IMG/VR virus record: IMGVR_UViG_3300032295_003347
Length of the DNA: 64,000 nt
DNA from: an uncultured virus (IMG/VR IMGVR_UViG_3300032295_003347)
Taxonomy: Duplodnaviria; Heunggongvirae; Uroviricota; Caudoviricetes
Strand: one strand, 5' to 3'
Shown: positions 9,893 through 19,849 of the stretch, one piece after another
Layout: every line of letters starts with the position of its first letter
How positions within the stretch are numbered: position 1 is the first letter of the stretch
Position numbers and translations under genes: made by a program
Notes under the pieces: model-generated
What the model was told of the DNA's origin: nothing
What the model saw: only the letters and a program-made list of their open reading frames with translations
The model's database searches: none

Positions 9893-10334
9893 CTTCCCCC
9901 CTGGGCACAGAGCGGTCAGGAACATATTTCTGCTTGTCTTCCTGCACATCTTTGTACTTTGTCCTGGCTCTGAAAGACAAAAGAGATACGTCGTTATTTT
10001 TAGCAAACGAAGCGATCAGTCGATTCCAGGGAATTCGAATTGTATCTTTTTTCTTGATGTCAGGAGAGATGTTGACGTAATGAATGTTTTGGGTCCAGCC
10101 TTTGGACGGATCTTTTTTGCCAATCAAGATCCAATTGCGAATAGTTTGATCTGAAACATTAAGCCTTTGGGCACACTCTTCTGTTGAGATGTACTCATCT
10201 GCATAGGCCTCTGGGCCAACTTGATCAGTTTCATTGTTTTTGTACCTGCTACTCCACATGGCACCCAGGATGTTTTTGATGCCTTTAAGTTCGTACGCAA
10301 TGTCTTCAAGACCTTTGCGAATACCGTATGCCAT
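9882..10334 (-). CDS. HTH DNA-binding protein (excisionase-like)
   Basis: YISTEECAQRLNVSDQTIRNWI. Confidence 0.7.
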   Translation of the reverse strand: MAYGIRKGLEDIAYELKGIKNILGAMWSSRYKNNETDQVGPEAYADEYISTEECAQRLNVSDQTIRNWILIGKKDPSKGWTQNIHYVNISPDIKKKDTIRIPWNRLIASFAKNNDVSLLSFRARTKYKDVQEDKQKYVPDRSVPRGEDGE

Positions 10335-10388
10335 AAAGCAGTTTCTTTGTTTAGATGCTAGTCTTTTTTTAGCATCTATGCGTGTTTT

Positions 10389-10712
10389 ATGGAAGATCAG
10401 ATTCCCGTTAGTCAAGTCCCTGCAAGCATCCCGTCTGAGCCGCCGAGTCCCCCGCAGGTGCCAAGTGGGAGGATCAGTCCCCAAGACCTGGAGTTAATGA
10501 AGGCTCGTGCCAGGGAACTTGCTGTGCAGCAAACGTTGATGCAACAAACAGCAGCAGCCCAGGCCCCTCGTGTCGTCTATGTGCGTCGCAATCTTACGGT
10601 TGCTGAGCTGATTTTGATTGTTACGTTGTCTTGTGGAATTGTTACGGTTGTCCAAGCCGGCTGGAATTTTGTATCAAGTTCACTGCCTAGGGTGGAAATT
10701 AAGGTCAAGTGA
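10389..10712 (+). CDS. Hypothetical membrane protein
   Basis: Pro-rich N-terminus, C-terminal hydrophobic helix. Confidence 0.65.
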   Translation: MEDQIPVSQVPASIPSEPPSPPQVPSGRISPQDLELMKARARELAVQQTLMQQTAAAQAPRVVYVRRNLTVAELILIVTLSCGIVTVVQAGWNFVSSSLPRVEIKVK

Positions 10713-10763
10713 ATTAAACACACCCGAACTATAATCTTTATATAAGGGATTCTAGTTTAATAC

Positions 10764-12740
10764 GTGGCCAATCGTCGTATTTCTGAACTTCCGCTCCTAG
10801 CTGGGACGGATGTAGCTGAGCAGGATCTGCTGACGATGGTCCACGTATTTGAAGTGGACCCTACTCTTAAGAATAAAAAGATTACAATCTCTGGTTTTGG
10901 AGATTACCTCTCAACTAAATACGTAACGACCACTGGTGGCACAGTAACCGGCAATGTCCTGGTACAAGGGAACTTAACTGTAACTGGCGTTACTGTTGTC
11001 AATGCATTCACTAGTAGTGGTCTTGGAACGTTTAGTGGCGTCTTAGTCCAAAACAACCTGACTGCAAGTGGAACGATTAGTGGCCAAACAATTACAGGTC
11101 AAGCACTTCAATCTGTAACAATTAATTCGGCAACGGGTACATTCACTACGGTTACCGGGGCGACTTCAAACTTTGTAAGTGGGAATTTCAGTACCCGACT
11201 CTCGGGTGCAACCATTACTGGTAATACGCTTCAAGCAACGTCCGGACAATTTACTTACCTGAGTGGTGCCACAATTACAGGTGGTTTGGTCCAGGGTGTA
11301 AGTGGTGTTTTTGGTACACTTGCTACGCCTGTTCTTGATGTAAGTGGCAACTTGTCTGTCGCTAGTGGACTGACAGTTACTGGCCTTGCTCAATTTGCAT
11401 CAGGCGTACAAGTCACTGGTACGTTATCAGGAACAACCGTCACTGGGACAGCGGCACGTTTTACTAGTGTCACTGGTGTAACGGGTGTATTTACAACTAC
11501 GTTGTCAGGCGCGTCCATCACAGGGACAACCGTTAACGCAACGTTAATTACAGGTGTATCTGGTACGTTTACAACAAGGGTATCGGGAGCAACCGTAACT
11601 GGTAACGTAGGTTCCTTTGGCTCAGTTAGTGGGATTTCGGGCGTATTCTCCCAGGTTCTTTCTGGTGCTGTAATTACTGGAGACGCTGGTCAATTCACTG
11701 CAATCACCGGTGTGTCCGGTGTGTATACCAATTTATCTGGCGCCACGGTTACTGGTGATACTGTTGCAGCCACAAATGTATCGGGTGTTTCCGGTGTATT
11801 TACTAGCCGTATCTCAGGTACTACCGTTACCGGCACCACTGCAGCTTTTACAACCATTACAGGTGTCTCTGGTGTATTCACTACTCAGGTATCAGGAGCA
11901 ACCATCACTGGTACCAGTGGTCAATTCACAAATGTAACGGCAGGCACTGGGGTCTTTACTCTTGTTTCTGGTACTACTGTTACGGGTAATACAGGTGCGT
12001 TCACTAACCTCACTGGTATTGCAGGCGTCTTTACCACCAGTGTTTCAGGTGCAACCGTAATAGGTACAACGGTTACCGGTGCGACAGGCATTTTTACTTA
12101 TGTAACTGGTACCACGATTACCGGCGTAAACGTTAACGCTGCTACTGGTGTATTTACCACACTTCAAGCAACAAACCTTAGCTTTACTAACACTACAATC
12201 TCAGGCAACTTAAACGTTGTTGGCTCTGGTTTTATTGGTTCTGGTTTGTCTGTAACAGGTACGATCAGCGGACAAACAGTAACCGGTACAACGGCAGCCT
12301 TTACCTCTGTCACTGGAGTGTCCGGTGTCTTTACCACGCGTTTATCGGGTGCAACCATTACGGGTAACACTGGATTATTTGCAAATGTAACAGGTGTTTC
12401 TGGTGTATACACTTATCTTTCAGGTGCAACCGTTACAGGTGATACTGCTAATTTCAGTAATGTAACTGGTGTTAGTGGCACATTTACGACACGTTTGTCA
12501 GGTGCAACCATTACCGGTAACACGGGACAATTTAGCAACATCACAGGTGTTTCCGGTACGTTTACAGCTACCCTTTCAGGTGCAAACATTTCTGGAACCA
12601 ACGCAACTATCACCAATATCACCGGCGGAACACTTGCGATTACAACTCCGTCTGGTGCTACTCCCGCCATTGTTTGCTCAGGTGTTGTTTCTGGTAGCGC
12701 CAGTGGTTTTATAATCAAAGGCCCCCTGATTATTCTTTGA
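10764..12740 (+). CDS. Tail fibre/spike-like protein with T/G/S/V repeats
   Basis: MANRRISELP N-terminus; many TGVSGVFTTRLSGATITG repeats. Confidence 0.75.
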   Translation: MANRRISELPLLAGTDVAEQDLLTMVHVFEVDPTLKNKKITISGFGDYLSTKYVTTTGGTVTGNVLVQGNLTVTGVTVVNAFTSSGLGTFSGVLVQNNLTASGTISGQTITGQALQSVTINSATGTFTTVTGATSNFVSGNFSTRLSGATITGNTLQATSGQFTYLSGATITGGLVQGVSGVFGTLATPVLDVSGNLSVASGLTVTGLAQFASGVQVTGTLSGTTVTGTAARFTSVTGVTGVFTTTLSGASITGTTVNATLITGVSGTFTTRVSGATVTGNVGSFGSVSGISGVFSQVLSGAVITGDAGQFTAITGVSGVYTNLSGATVTGDTVAATNVSGVSGVFTSRISGTTVTGTTAAFTTITGVSGVFTTQVSGATITGTSGQFTNVTAGTGVFTLVSGTTVTGNTGAFTNLTGIAGVFTTSVSGATVIGTTVTGATGIFTYVTGTTITGVNVNAATGVFTTLQATNLSFTNTTISGNLNVVGSGFIGSGLSVTGTISGQTVTGTTAAFTSVTGVSGVFTTRLSGATITGNTGLFANVTGVSGVYTYLSGATVTGDTANFSNVTGVSGTFTTRLSGATITGNTGQFSNITGVSGTFTATLSGANISGTNATITNITGGTLAITTPSGATPAIVCSGVVSGSASGFIIKGPLIIL

Positions 12741-12787
12741 CTATAAGTTTTAAAAAGCTAGAATCGTAAAAAGGATTTGTTAAAACA

Positions 12788-14803
12788 ATGCCATACGGTG
12801 AAATTCGGGTTGATACCATTACCTTTACCAACGCGGGCGTCGATAAAAGCATTACCGTTTCTGGGTTGTTTGCCTCTACCTCCGGTAATTTAACTGTTAC
12901 TGGAACTGTTTCAGGTACCACGTTTACCGGAACAACCGCAAATTTCACAAGCGGTAACGTCACCACGTTTAGCGGTGGTACCTGCACTATTACTTCAGGT
13001 GTTTTTGCCTCTGGTACGGCCACAAACCCGTCAATTAGTTTTATTGCAGACTCAAATACAGGTCTTTATTCCCCCGGTGCAGATCAAGTTGCTATTGCAA
13101 CTAGTGGAACGGGGCGGTTACAGATAAACAACGATGGTTCTATTGGCATTAACACCGGAGCAAAGCTTGGTTTTGGTGGGTTTTCAGCTAATCCAGGGGC
13201 GCATTACATCAAATACGACTCAGGTATTGATGGCCTGGAATTGAATGGCTATGGCGCGATTGCGTTCCAGACTTTAGGCACCGAGCGCATGCACATCGAC
13301 AGCTCCGGTCGCGTGGGGATTGGGACTAGTAGTCCTTCAGGTACTCTTACTGTTCAAGGCGCAGTTTTAGGAGCAACCTCATATCTAAATGAACAGGTCT
13401 CCATCTTTAATTCACAGACTGGCTCAACAGGAAATCAGGCGACATTAGGTTTTCACCTCAATAACGCGAACTGGGGGCCTGCCACTACATATGCCCGCGT
13501 GTCTGCCGTGCTGGAGAACGGCACGACAGGAGCAACATCGCTAGCTTTTGGAACAGCAGCCGATGGTTCGCTTTCAACGCCGAATGAACGCGTTCGCATC
13601 GACAGCTCCGGTCGCGTGGGGATTGGGACGAGTAGTCCTATTTCTCGTCTTCACATAAACGATGGAGAGCTAACCATTTCTACAGGAGGAAACACAAGTG
13701 ATGCAGGCGGGATTATCAATTTCAGCATTGCGGCATTGCCGTCATATTCGCCTATAGCAACTGTTCAAGGGTTGCTGGTAAATGCAACAGGAACAGAATT
13801 GCAAGGTGGTCTAGGCTTCTTTACTCGCCCCTCAGGTGCAGCAGGTCAGTCGCTTCATCGGCGGATGACGCTAAGTGAAGCAGGTAACTTGGGAATCGGA
13901 GTCTCAAGCCCAGGTTACAGATTGGATATTACGAGCGCAGATACAACTGCAAGTGTTGGTTATGCAGTACGATTACGTGCAAATGCAACCGCTGGCGCTG
14001 CAGCGCTTCAATTTACTGACAATGGTGCAACAGCGCAGTATGGGTATATTGCATGCGATTCATCTTTAAATCTTAAGTTTGCAACTGGAACTACAGAACG
14101 CGTTCGCATCGACAGCTCCGGTCGCGTGGGGATTGGGACTAGTAGCCCTCAGGCACTACTGGATTGCAGCGCCACTGGTTCGCAAGAAATACGCATTTCC
14201 AGTGTTACGTCTGGCGATGTTCGCTTTGGAATGAGCGCTGTCGGCGCAACGTACAACTGGATTGATACCGAAAGGTCGTCGTCAGCAATGAAATTTGGTG
14301 TAGGTAACACCGAACGCCTCCGCATCGACAGCTCCGGGATCGTAACACTGCAAACTCCAACTAACGCAAACGGCCTTAACCTTGGTACTGAATCAAAGGT
14401 TTGCACCGATAAAATTATTTTCACTACATCTGCATACTATGTAGTTAATGGAAGTGCAGTTGGAGTTATTTTGTCCACCGGTAGTACCGCATGGGCAGCC
14501 AATTCAGACGAACGCCTAAAAACAGATTTAGAGCCCATTACCGATGGCCTTGAAAAGGTCGGTGCTCTTCGAGCGGTAACAGGTAAATACATAAGCGATG
14601 AAGAGGGCGTCAGACGTAGCTTCCTAATTGCTCAAGATGTGCAAGCAGTTCTTCCTGAAGCAGTTTCTATCGGCGAAGATGAAGATGAAACACTCAGCCT
14701 TCGCTATACCGAAGTTGTACCTCTTCTTGTAGCAGCCCTTAAGGAAGCAAAAAAGCGCATCGAAACCCTCGAGGCCAAAGTTGCAGCCCTTGAAGCGCCG
14801 TAG
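12788..14803 (+). CDS. Tail fibre protein with C-terminal intramolecular chaperone (peptidase S74)
   Basis: ERxRIDSSGRVGIGTSSP repeats; SDERLK ... IAQDVQAVLPEAV ... Y ... coiled coil. Confidence 0.85.
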   Translation: MPYGEIRVDTITFTNAGVDKSITVSGLFASTSGNLTVTGTVSGTTFTGTTANFTSGNVTTFSGGTCTITSGVFASGTATNPSISFIADSNTGLYSPGADQVAIATSGTGRLQINNDGSIGINTGAKLGFGGFSANPGAHYIKYDSGIDGLELNGYGAIAFQTLGTERMHIDSSGRVGIGTSSPSGTLTVQGAVLGATSYLNEQVSIFNSQTGSTGNQATLGFHLNNANWGPATTYARVSAVLENGTTGATSLAFGTAADGSLSTPNERVRIDSSGRVGIGTSSPISRLHINDGELTISTGGNTSDAGGIINFSIAALPSYSPIATVQGLLVNATGTELQGGLGFFTRPSGAAGQSLHRRMTLSEAGNLGIGVSSPGYRLDITSADTTASVGYAVRLRANATAGAAALQFTDNGATAQYGYIACDSSLNLKFATGTTERVRIDSSGRVGIGTSSPQALLDCSATGSQEIRISSVTSGDVRFGMSAVGATYNWIDTERSSSAMKFGVGNTERLRIDSSGIVTLQTPTNANGLNLGTESKVCTDKIIFTTSAYYVVNGSAVGVILSTGSTAWAANSDERLKTDLEPITDGLEKVGALRAVTGKYISDEEGVRRSFLIAQDVQAVLPEAVSIGEDEDETLSLRYTEVVPLLVAALKEAKKRIETLEAKVAALEAP

Positions 14804-14851
14804 TCACCTGTTAATTATTCCCCCCTGTTAAACTAAAAGAAAACATTTGTT

Positions 14852-15175
14852 ATGGCTAACACTGTTTGGGATATTGCACAGCTTGAGCGTCATCTTCCCG
14901 ATGGCGATACTTGTCCTGATGGCGCTATCTACACTGTCCACTGGACAGCTTCCCTGGAAGAAGACGGCGAAACTGCAGGTGCATATGGCAGCATTGGCCT
15001 TGGCGCCCCCGACCCTTCCTCCTTTGTTCCTTTCAATCAACTGACCAAAGAAGAAGTTGTTGGTTGGGTACTGTCTGCCCTTGGTGTCGATCAAGTTGTT
15101 GCTATTGAAGAATCGCTTCACAACCGAATTGAACAACGGCTGCATCCCACCTCTGCTGCTGGTGTTCCCTGGTAA
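14852..15175 (+). CDS. Tail-fibre-associated small protein
   Basis: WDIAQLER...TVHW...GAYGSIGL...FVPFNQLT.EEV.GWV...GVPW, typical neighbour of S74 fibres. Confidence 0.7.
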   Translation: MANTVWDIAQLERHLPDGDTCPDGAIYTVHWTASLEEDGETAGAYGSIGLGAPDPSSFVPFNQLTKEEVVGWVLSALGVDQVVAIEESLHNRIEQRLHPTSAAGVPW

Positions 15176-15210
15176 TTACTTGCTATACTTTTTGAAGCCA
15201 CTTGTTTAAC

Positions 15211-15387
15211 ATGGCTTGCAAAAAGTCGGAACTTATCTCTGCCATCAATTCCTTTGGTTCTGCCCGTGCTACCGGCGATGGCAACCTTATTGCTTTTGCC
15301 GGTAACTTGATTGGCCAACTCCTGGATACCCTTGAGTTTGAGCCCGAAACACCCGAAGAAACCACTGAAACTGAAGTCGTAGAGTGA
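15211..15387 (+). CDS. Hypothetical protein
   Basis: ORF after TATACT; acidic tail. Confidence 0.55.
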   Translation: MACKKSELISAINSFGSARATGDGNLIAFAGNLIGQLLDTLEFEPETPEETTETEVVE

Positions 15388-15429
15388 TTTGGTACACCTG
15401 ATTTAGAGTTAGTAAAAAGCTCTAGGTCG

Positions 15430-16542
15430 ATGTCTATAAAACTTGTTGAAGCTGCTCGGTACTTCAAAGAACAGCCCCATCAAATTGATGCGTGGAATTG
15501 GCTCCAGGCTCAGATACCTTCTGAGATCCTGGAGTCTTTTGCTGTCAAATACCGCACAGTGCCAAAACCTGTGGAAAACTACCCCAATACTTGGGAAGGC
15601 GTGATGAAAGCAGGCAAGGACGCTGGGGCAAAATACCCTGAATGTGTTGCTGCTCAATGGGCACTTGAATCAAATTGGGGTAAACACACATCAGGCACTA
15701 ATAACTACTATGGGCTCAAGGGATCTGGCACTACGGTCAACACTCAAGAATTCATCAACGGTCAATGGGTAACAATCAAGGCTGGGTTTATTGATTTTCC
15801 CGACCTGTACACATGCACTTGTTACCTGGTTGACCGCTGGTACAAAGACTACGGCACATACAAAGGTGTGAATCGTGCAACAAGTAGGAATAACTGTGCG
15901 CAACTATTAGTCACCGAAAAGTACGCTACAGATCCTGGCTACAGCACCAAGTTAATCCAGATCATGGACAAACAACTTGGCACGCCAGGTGTCAATACCG
16001 CTGATGTAACAACGTCTAAAACGCTGTCCGTACCTTACTTCTATCAGCTTGACAATCAGTCAGGAACAGGATATCGCGAGTGTTTTTCTTCAAGTTGTGC
16101 CATGGTAGCAGGTTATTACAACTTGGTAAAATCGGACGACGAATACAATAAAATCCGTGCCAAATACGGAGACACGACCAGCAAAGATGCTCAGCTTGGA
16201 GCTCTGCGTTCCCTGGGACTCAAGGCGACATTCATCACCAACGGTAATGCAGCCCTACTAGAAAATGAAATTCGCAACGGCAGACCAGTAGCTGTTGGTT
16301 GGCTGCACCAGGGGAGCATTAACTACCCGACTGGTGGCGGACACTGGACTTGCTGCATCGGGTTTACGCCAGATACATTTGTACACAACGATCCAAATGG
16401 TGAGGCCGATATGTTAAATGGTGGGTACGTCAGTAATTTTGCTGCGCGTGGCAAAGGCGTCAAGTACAGCAGAAAAAATTGGTTGCGCCGCTGGGAATGC
16501 GACGGTAATAATACAGGCTGGGCAATTCTTGTATCAAAATGA
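15430..16542 (+). CDS. Bimodular endolysin: GH73 glucosaminidase + C39-like peptidase
   Basis: AQWALESNWG, NNYYGLKG, YATDPGY; VPYFYQLDN, ECFSSSCAM, GHW, HNDP. Confidence 0.85.
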   Translation: MSIKLVEAARYFKEQPHQIDAWNWLQAQIPSEILESFAVKYRTVPKPVENYPNTWEGVMKAGKDAGAKYPECVAAQWALESNWGKHTSGTNNYYGLKGSGTTVNTQEFINGQWVTIKAGFIDFPDLYTCTCYLVDRWYKDYGTYKGVNRATSRNNCAQLLVTEKYATDPGYSTKLIQIMDKQLGTPGVNTADVTTSKTLSVPYFYQLDNQSGTGYRECFSSSCAMVAGYYNLVKSDDEYNKIRAKYGDTTSKDAQLGALRSLGLKATFITNGNAALLENEIRNGRPVAVGWLHQGSINYPTGGGHWTCCIGFTPDTFVHNDPNGEADMLNGGYVSNFAARGKGVKYSRKNWLRRWECDGNNTGWAILVSK

Positions 16543-16700
16543 AACGTAATAAAGATTTAAGAATTCGCATAAACATGTGTTGGGAGGTTAGCGACGAAAA
16601 AAAATGCGCAACCCTCAGTAAAGAAGAGGCTTACGCAACAAGAAAATGGGTTGAAGACAACGATGGCGTTGTGTTCTGGAGTCAGGTATTAACTGATTGA
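16539..16700 (+). CDS. Hypothetical protein (53 aa)
   Basis: Read manually; ATGA overlap with endolysin stop. Confidence 0.5.
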   Translation: MKRNKDLRIRINMCWEVSDEKKCATLSKEEAYATRKWVEDNDGVVFWSQVLTD

Positions 16701-16865
16701 TCAGCGTTGTTTGGCGCGACCGATCACTAAACCGCCAATTTCAATTAACTTGTACAACTTACGGACGATCAGATCGTCTTTAGGCGTCGGGGTCAAAGCA
16801 CAAATAGCGGAACATGCCGCATGAATGGCAAGAGCCACTTCTAAGTACTGGTTAAGGTGTGCCAT
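16701..16865 (-). CDS. Small membrane protein, possible holin
   Basis: MAHLNQYLEVALAIHAACSAICALTPTPKDDLIVRKLYKLIEIGGLVIGRAKQR; TPTPKDD motif; next to endolysin. Confidence 0.55.
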   Translation of the reverse strand: MAHLNQYLEVALAIHAACSAICALTPTPKDDLIVRKLYKLIEIGGLVIGRAKQR

Positions 16866-16893
16866 GGGTTTATCTTGTTTCTTTTATTCTAAT

Positions 16894-17310
16894 TTACTTA
16901 CAGTATAAAAAATATTTGAATTCAACATTGACAACCCAAGAGTTGTCTTCATGTTTTGTGAACCATTTCTGCCAAATTTTAAACTGTTTATCGGAAACGC
17001 ATGATTCACATACAAACGTAAGGAGATCGTTCTGGGGAATAATATTGACCCATTTACGAAGTTGACGAACGGCAATAGCTTGAGTACGTGGGCCAACCTT
17101 GCCTGTTAAGGTGTTGTTTAATTGAGCTGCTCGTTTATTTTTTCTTTTGTTTAGCCAATCATTTAATTGTCTTTTTGATTTGCTTACCGCAAGCGACACT
17201 AACCATACGTAGTTTTTGCCAGTTTTATACCAGGGCAGCAGACGCATTTTTAAATACTGCCCATCTTCTAAACAGATGGTTAAAACTTGCTTGCAGCGTT
17301 TAGTCTTCAT
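16894..17310 (-). CDS. Hypothetical basic protein
   Basis: ATG at 17310 overlaps CP12-like gene. Confidence 0.55.
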   Translation of the reverse strand: MKTKRCKQVLTICLEDGQYLKMRLLPWYKTGKNYVWLVSLAVSKSKRQLNDWLNKRKNKRAAQLNNTLTGKVGPRTQAIAVRQLRKWVNIIPQNDLLTFVCESCVSDKQFKIWQKWFTKHEDNSWVVNVEFKYFLYCK

Positions 17311-17413
17311 AGATGCGGCATTCACGCGCCCATGGATTATCTTGACAATAAGCAGCAAATGCTTTTGTGGGATTGTGTTTTTTCTTAAGTAAGTGCAAGA
17401 TGAATTTGAACAT
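17300..17413 (-). CDS. cp12: Minimal CP12-like peptide (C-terminal Cys pair only)
   Basis: FAAYCQDNPWARECRIYED fits the CP12 C-terminal motif YCxxNPxxxECxxYD/E. Confidence 0.65.
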   Translation of the reverse strand: MFKFILHLLKKKHNPTKAFAAYCQDNPWARECRIYED

Positions 17414-17417
17414 ATTG

Positions 17418-18344
17418 TTACGGGCGGTCAATAAGAGGGAGGAAAATTTCAGGTAGATGTGCATCGGGATCTCTTTCACGTTTCCATGCATCGGACCATT
17501 CCGCTAATGAATGTTCATGTTCTACATCCATAGTGTAGCTGTCACTTGGCTCTAATTCAAATTTGTCGTCAGTTTCTGGTGACACAAACCCAATAAACCA
17601 AGTTGAAGTGGCTGGTATTGTCACGGTTACGCCACTGTTAATAGATGCTGCACTAAACGTATACGCGTTAAAACCTACCGGTATTGAGTAATTAACGTTA
17701 AAACTTGGGCCGATGACAATTGTATTGGAAAAGTCAAGCGTTGTTTCGGCAACCAAGAAGCTTCCATCTAGATCTTCTAGCAAGATAAAGGAGTCAAGTG
17801 CAGGGAATTCAACAACAAGTCCCAGGGTGTAATCAAGCGGTTCATTCCTGGTGCTGGAAACACAGATTAAATAACTTCCTGCCTCCAAAATAAAATACAG
17901 GTCATTTCCTTTGTTTACCGTATACGAATTGAAGTTATTTGCCAGGTCCGAGCCAGCGCCCATCACATGGCCAAGATACGGATAAAAAACTTCACTGTCC
18001 CCAACGGTAGTAGAAACGCTATCCGCTTGAAAGATCATGCGTCCTTCAATTGGGTTTTTGTTTAAATCAAAGGCTGATACTTCAATATAGTTTGGGCGCG
18101 GGCCGCCTTTGCGAGTAATGATCCAGGCGGGGCTTGTGATATTGACCTGGAACCAATGGTTCATGGTGCCACCACCAAAACCACCATTTGAATATTGGTT
18201 TGTATCTGCGCGACCTACAACTTTATTTTCGGGGCCCAAGGAACCACGTAGCTCTCGCAGCGAGGTTTCACTAAAGGTTCCAAGGACCAAAGGGTTTTCT
18301 TTTGTTCGTTGACGTTGAGAAGTACTAGTTGAATAGCGTGACAT
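17418..18344 (-). CDS. Hypothetical protein, beta-rich, possibly structural
   Basis: 308-aa ORF. Confidence 0.7.
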   Translation of the reverse strand: MSRYSTSTSQRQRTKENPLVLGTFSETSLRELRGSLGPENKVVGRADTNQYSNGGFGGGTMNHWFQVNITSPAWIITRKGGPRPNYIEVSAFDLNKNPIEGRMIFQADSVSTTVGDSEVFYPYLGHVMGAGSDLANNFNSYTVNKGNDLYFILEAGSYLICVSSTRNEPLDYTLGLVVEFPALDSFILLEDLDGSFLVAETTLDFSNTIVIGPSFNVNYSIPVGFNAYTFSAASINSGVTVTIPATSTWFIGFVSPETDDKFELEPSDSYTMDVEHEHSLAEWSDAWKRERDPDAHLPEIFLPLIDRP

Positions 18345-18372
18345 TATTTATTTGTTACCTTATCTTTCTATT

Positions 18373-19026
18373 TTACTCTTCGGTTTCTTTTAGTAACTCT
18401 GGTTTAGTAATTGAGAACTTGTATTGTTTTTTGAGAAACATGCCAAGGGTACCAGCTTCTTGCTGTTGTGCGTAGAACACAAGTTTGTTGGCCTTGAATT
18501 CGGTTTCAAAAGGAGCGATCACTTGAGGTGCAGTGGTGCGATTAAAGCTTGACACCATGTGCAATGGGTTAAAGCATTGTTTGTTTCCACATGTTCGAGT
18601 GACGCTAAGCGTGCCCACATCGCCCCAGGCGCATTGATACACAGCCTTGTGCAGTGTTACGTTTTCGGCAGCCTGCTTGCTGTACGCAGCCCGATAAGAG
18701 GGCATACACACGCGTTTCAGTTCCTTGTGCGTTGACCTTTTGGGCAGCCAGCAGTCACTGGTATTGCCTATCTTAATTGAGTCCCAGATTGTGGCGTATT
18801 TGTGTTTGTAGCGGGCGTCAAGGTAGTTGAGGTCAAAGCCACAGATGTTTGAAACAATCTTGTGGACGCACTCATAGCACCAATGTTGGTCTTGTTTGCG
18901 AATGATGTGACCGTGTGCGCAGGGATAGCCGACGTAGTAGCCAGCTTGCTCCAGGTCATCCTCCGATAGTTTGGTTAAGTCTCCTAAGTATTGAAAGGAG
19001 ACAACCGTTTCAATTACCTTCGCCAT
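18373..19026 (-). CDS. His-Me/His-Cys box endonuclease-like protein
   Basis: CAHGH..CYEC; DCW ... LHKAVY ... TCGNKQCFNPLHM. Confidence 0.6.
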   Translation of the reverse strand: MAKVIETVVSFQYLGDLTKLSEDDLEQAGYYVGYPCAHGHIIRKQDQHWCYECVHKIVSNICGFDLNYLDARYKHKYATIWDSIKIGNTSDCWLPKRSTHKELKRVCMPSYRAAYSKQAAENVTLHKAVYQCAWGDVGTLSVTRTCGNKQCFNPLHMVSSFNRTTAPQVIAPFETEFKANKLVFYAQQQEAGTLGMFLKKQYKFSITKPELLKETEE

Positions 19027-19399
19027 TTTGAGGATTGGTGTTGGGGTTGAAATCTGAGCGTGTGGTGCGTGGCTTGGCAGCTTTTGGTTTCTTCCTGGCA
19101 AAAAGGAAAAGACGCTTCCGGTTGTCCTTCTCTGGGTTGTCGTCACCGTGCATGACATCCATGTTGCCGGGATCCTTGCCCGTGCGTAGGTAGTACACGA
19201 TGCGGTGAGCGTGGAATTGGTCGCCATTCATGCGAATGACGTAGTAATGGCCCGTACCGTTCCACTTGCCAGCCATATCACCAGCCTTGTGGCGACCCGT
19301 TGTCTCCCGCCATTCCAGGGCACTGGGGTACTTGAGGGACAACTTGAGCTTGGCTCTGAGGTACCAGAGGGGTAGGAGAGGTTTGTACGCCCTTGGCAT
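19010..19399 (-). CDS. HNH endonuclease-like protein
   Basis: GDMAG...YYVIRMNG..FHAHRIVYYL.TG.DP...VMH.DDN..DN. Confidence 0.7.
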   Translation of the reverse strand: MPRAYKPLLPLWYLRAKLKLSLKYPSALEWRETTGRHKAGDMAGKWNGTGHYYVIRMNGDQFHAHRIVYYLRTGKDPGNMDVMHGDDNPEKDNRKRLFLFARKKPKAAKPRTTRSDFNPNTNPQNGEGN

Positions 19400-19462
19400 G
19401 GACTCCATAATCGGATAACCAATCATACATGCCATGATTGGGTCCGTCAAGGAGCAGGGAGA

Positions 19463-19697
19463 GGTGGGTGGAAAAACCGACTATACCCCTATTTTATCTT
19501 TTATATAACCAGCATTACATTTTGGTCCATTTTGTAATGGTGCTCCATCTAGGTGCTTTGTATAATCGGAATCTCAGCCCTGTCTCAAAACTGTCTCACT
19601 GAGCAGGTACAATCGGAAAACATTACATTTTCACCCAAAATGTAATGTTGGCCATATAAGGGTTGAAACGGGGGTATAGTCGGAAAAACCACCCACC
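19463..19697. repeat. Nested long imperfect inverted repeat; candidate replication origin
   Basis: Arms 19463-71/19689-97, 19477-89/19671-83, 19513-25/19635-47 are perfect reverse complements. Confidence 0.75.
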
Positions 19698-19800
19698 CTT
19701 TGCCCCTCCAGACACCCTTATCCGTACTCACTCCGCATAAGGACACCATTCCCTGGTACAAACCAACCACTTTTCTTGTGTTCGCCAGTCTCATCACCCA

Positions 19801-19831
19801 ATAAAAAGGCCCCCGCTAATGCAGGGGCTCT
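19801..19831 (-). terminator. Intrinsic terminator after glycosyltransferase
   Basis: GC hairpin followed by T-run on minus strand. Confidence 0.55.
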
Positions 19832-19849
19832 TGTCTCACCAATATCAAC

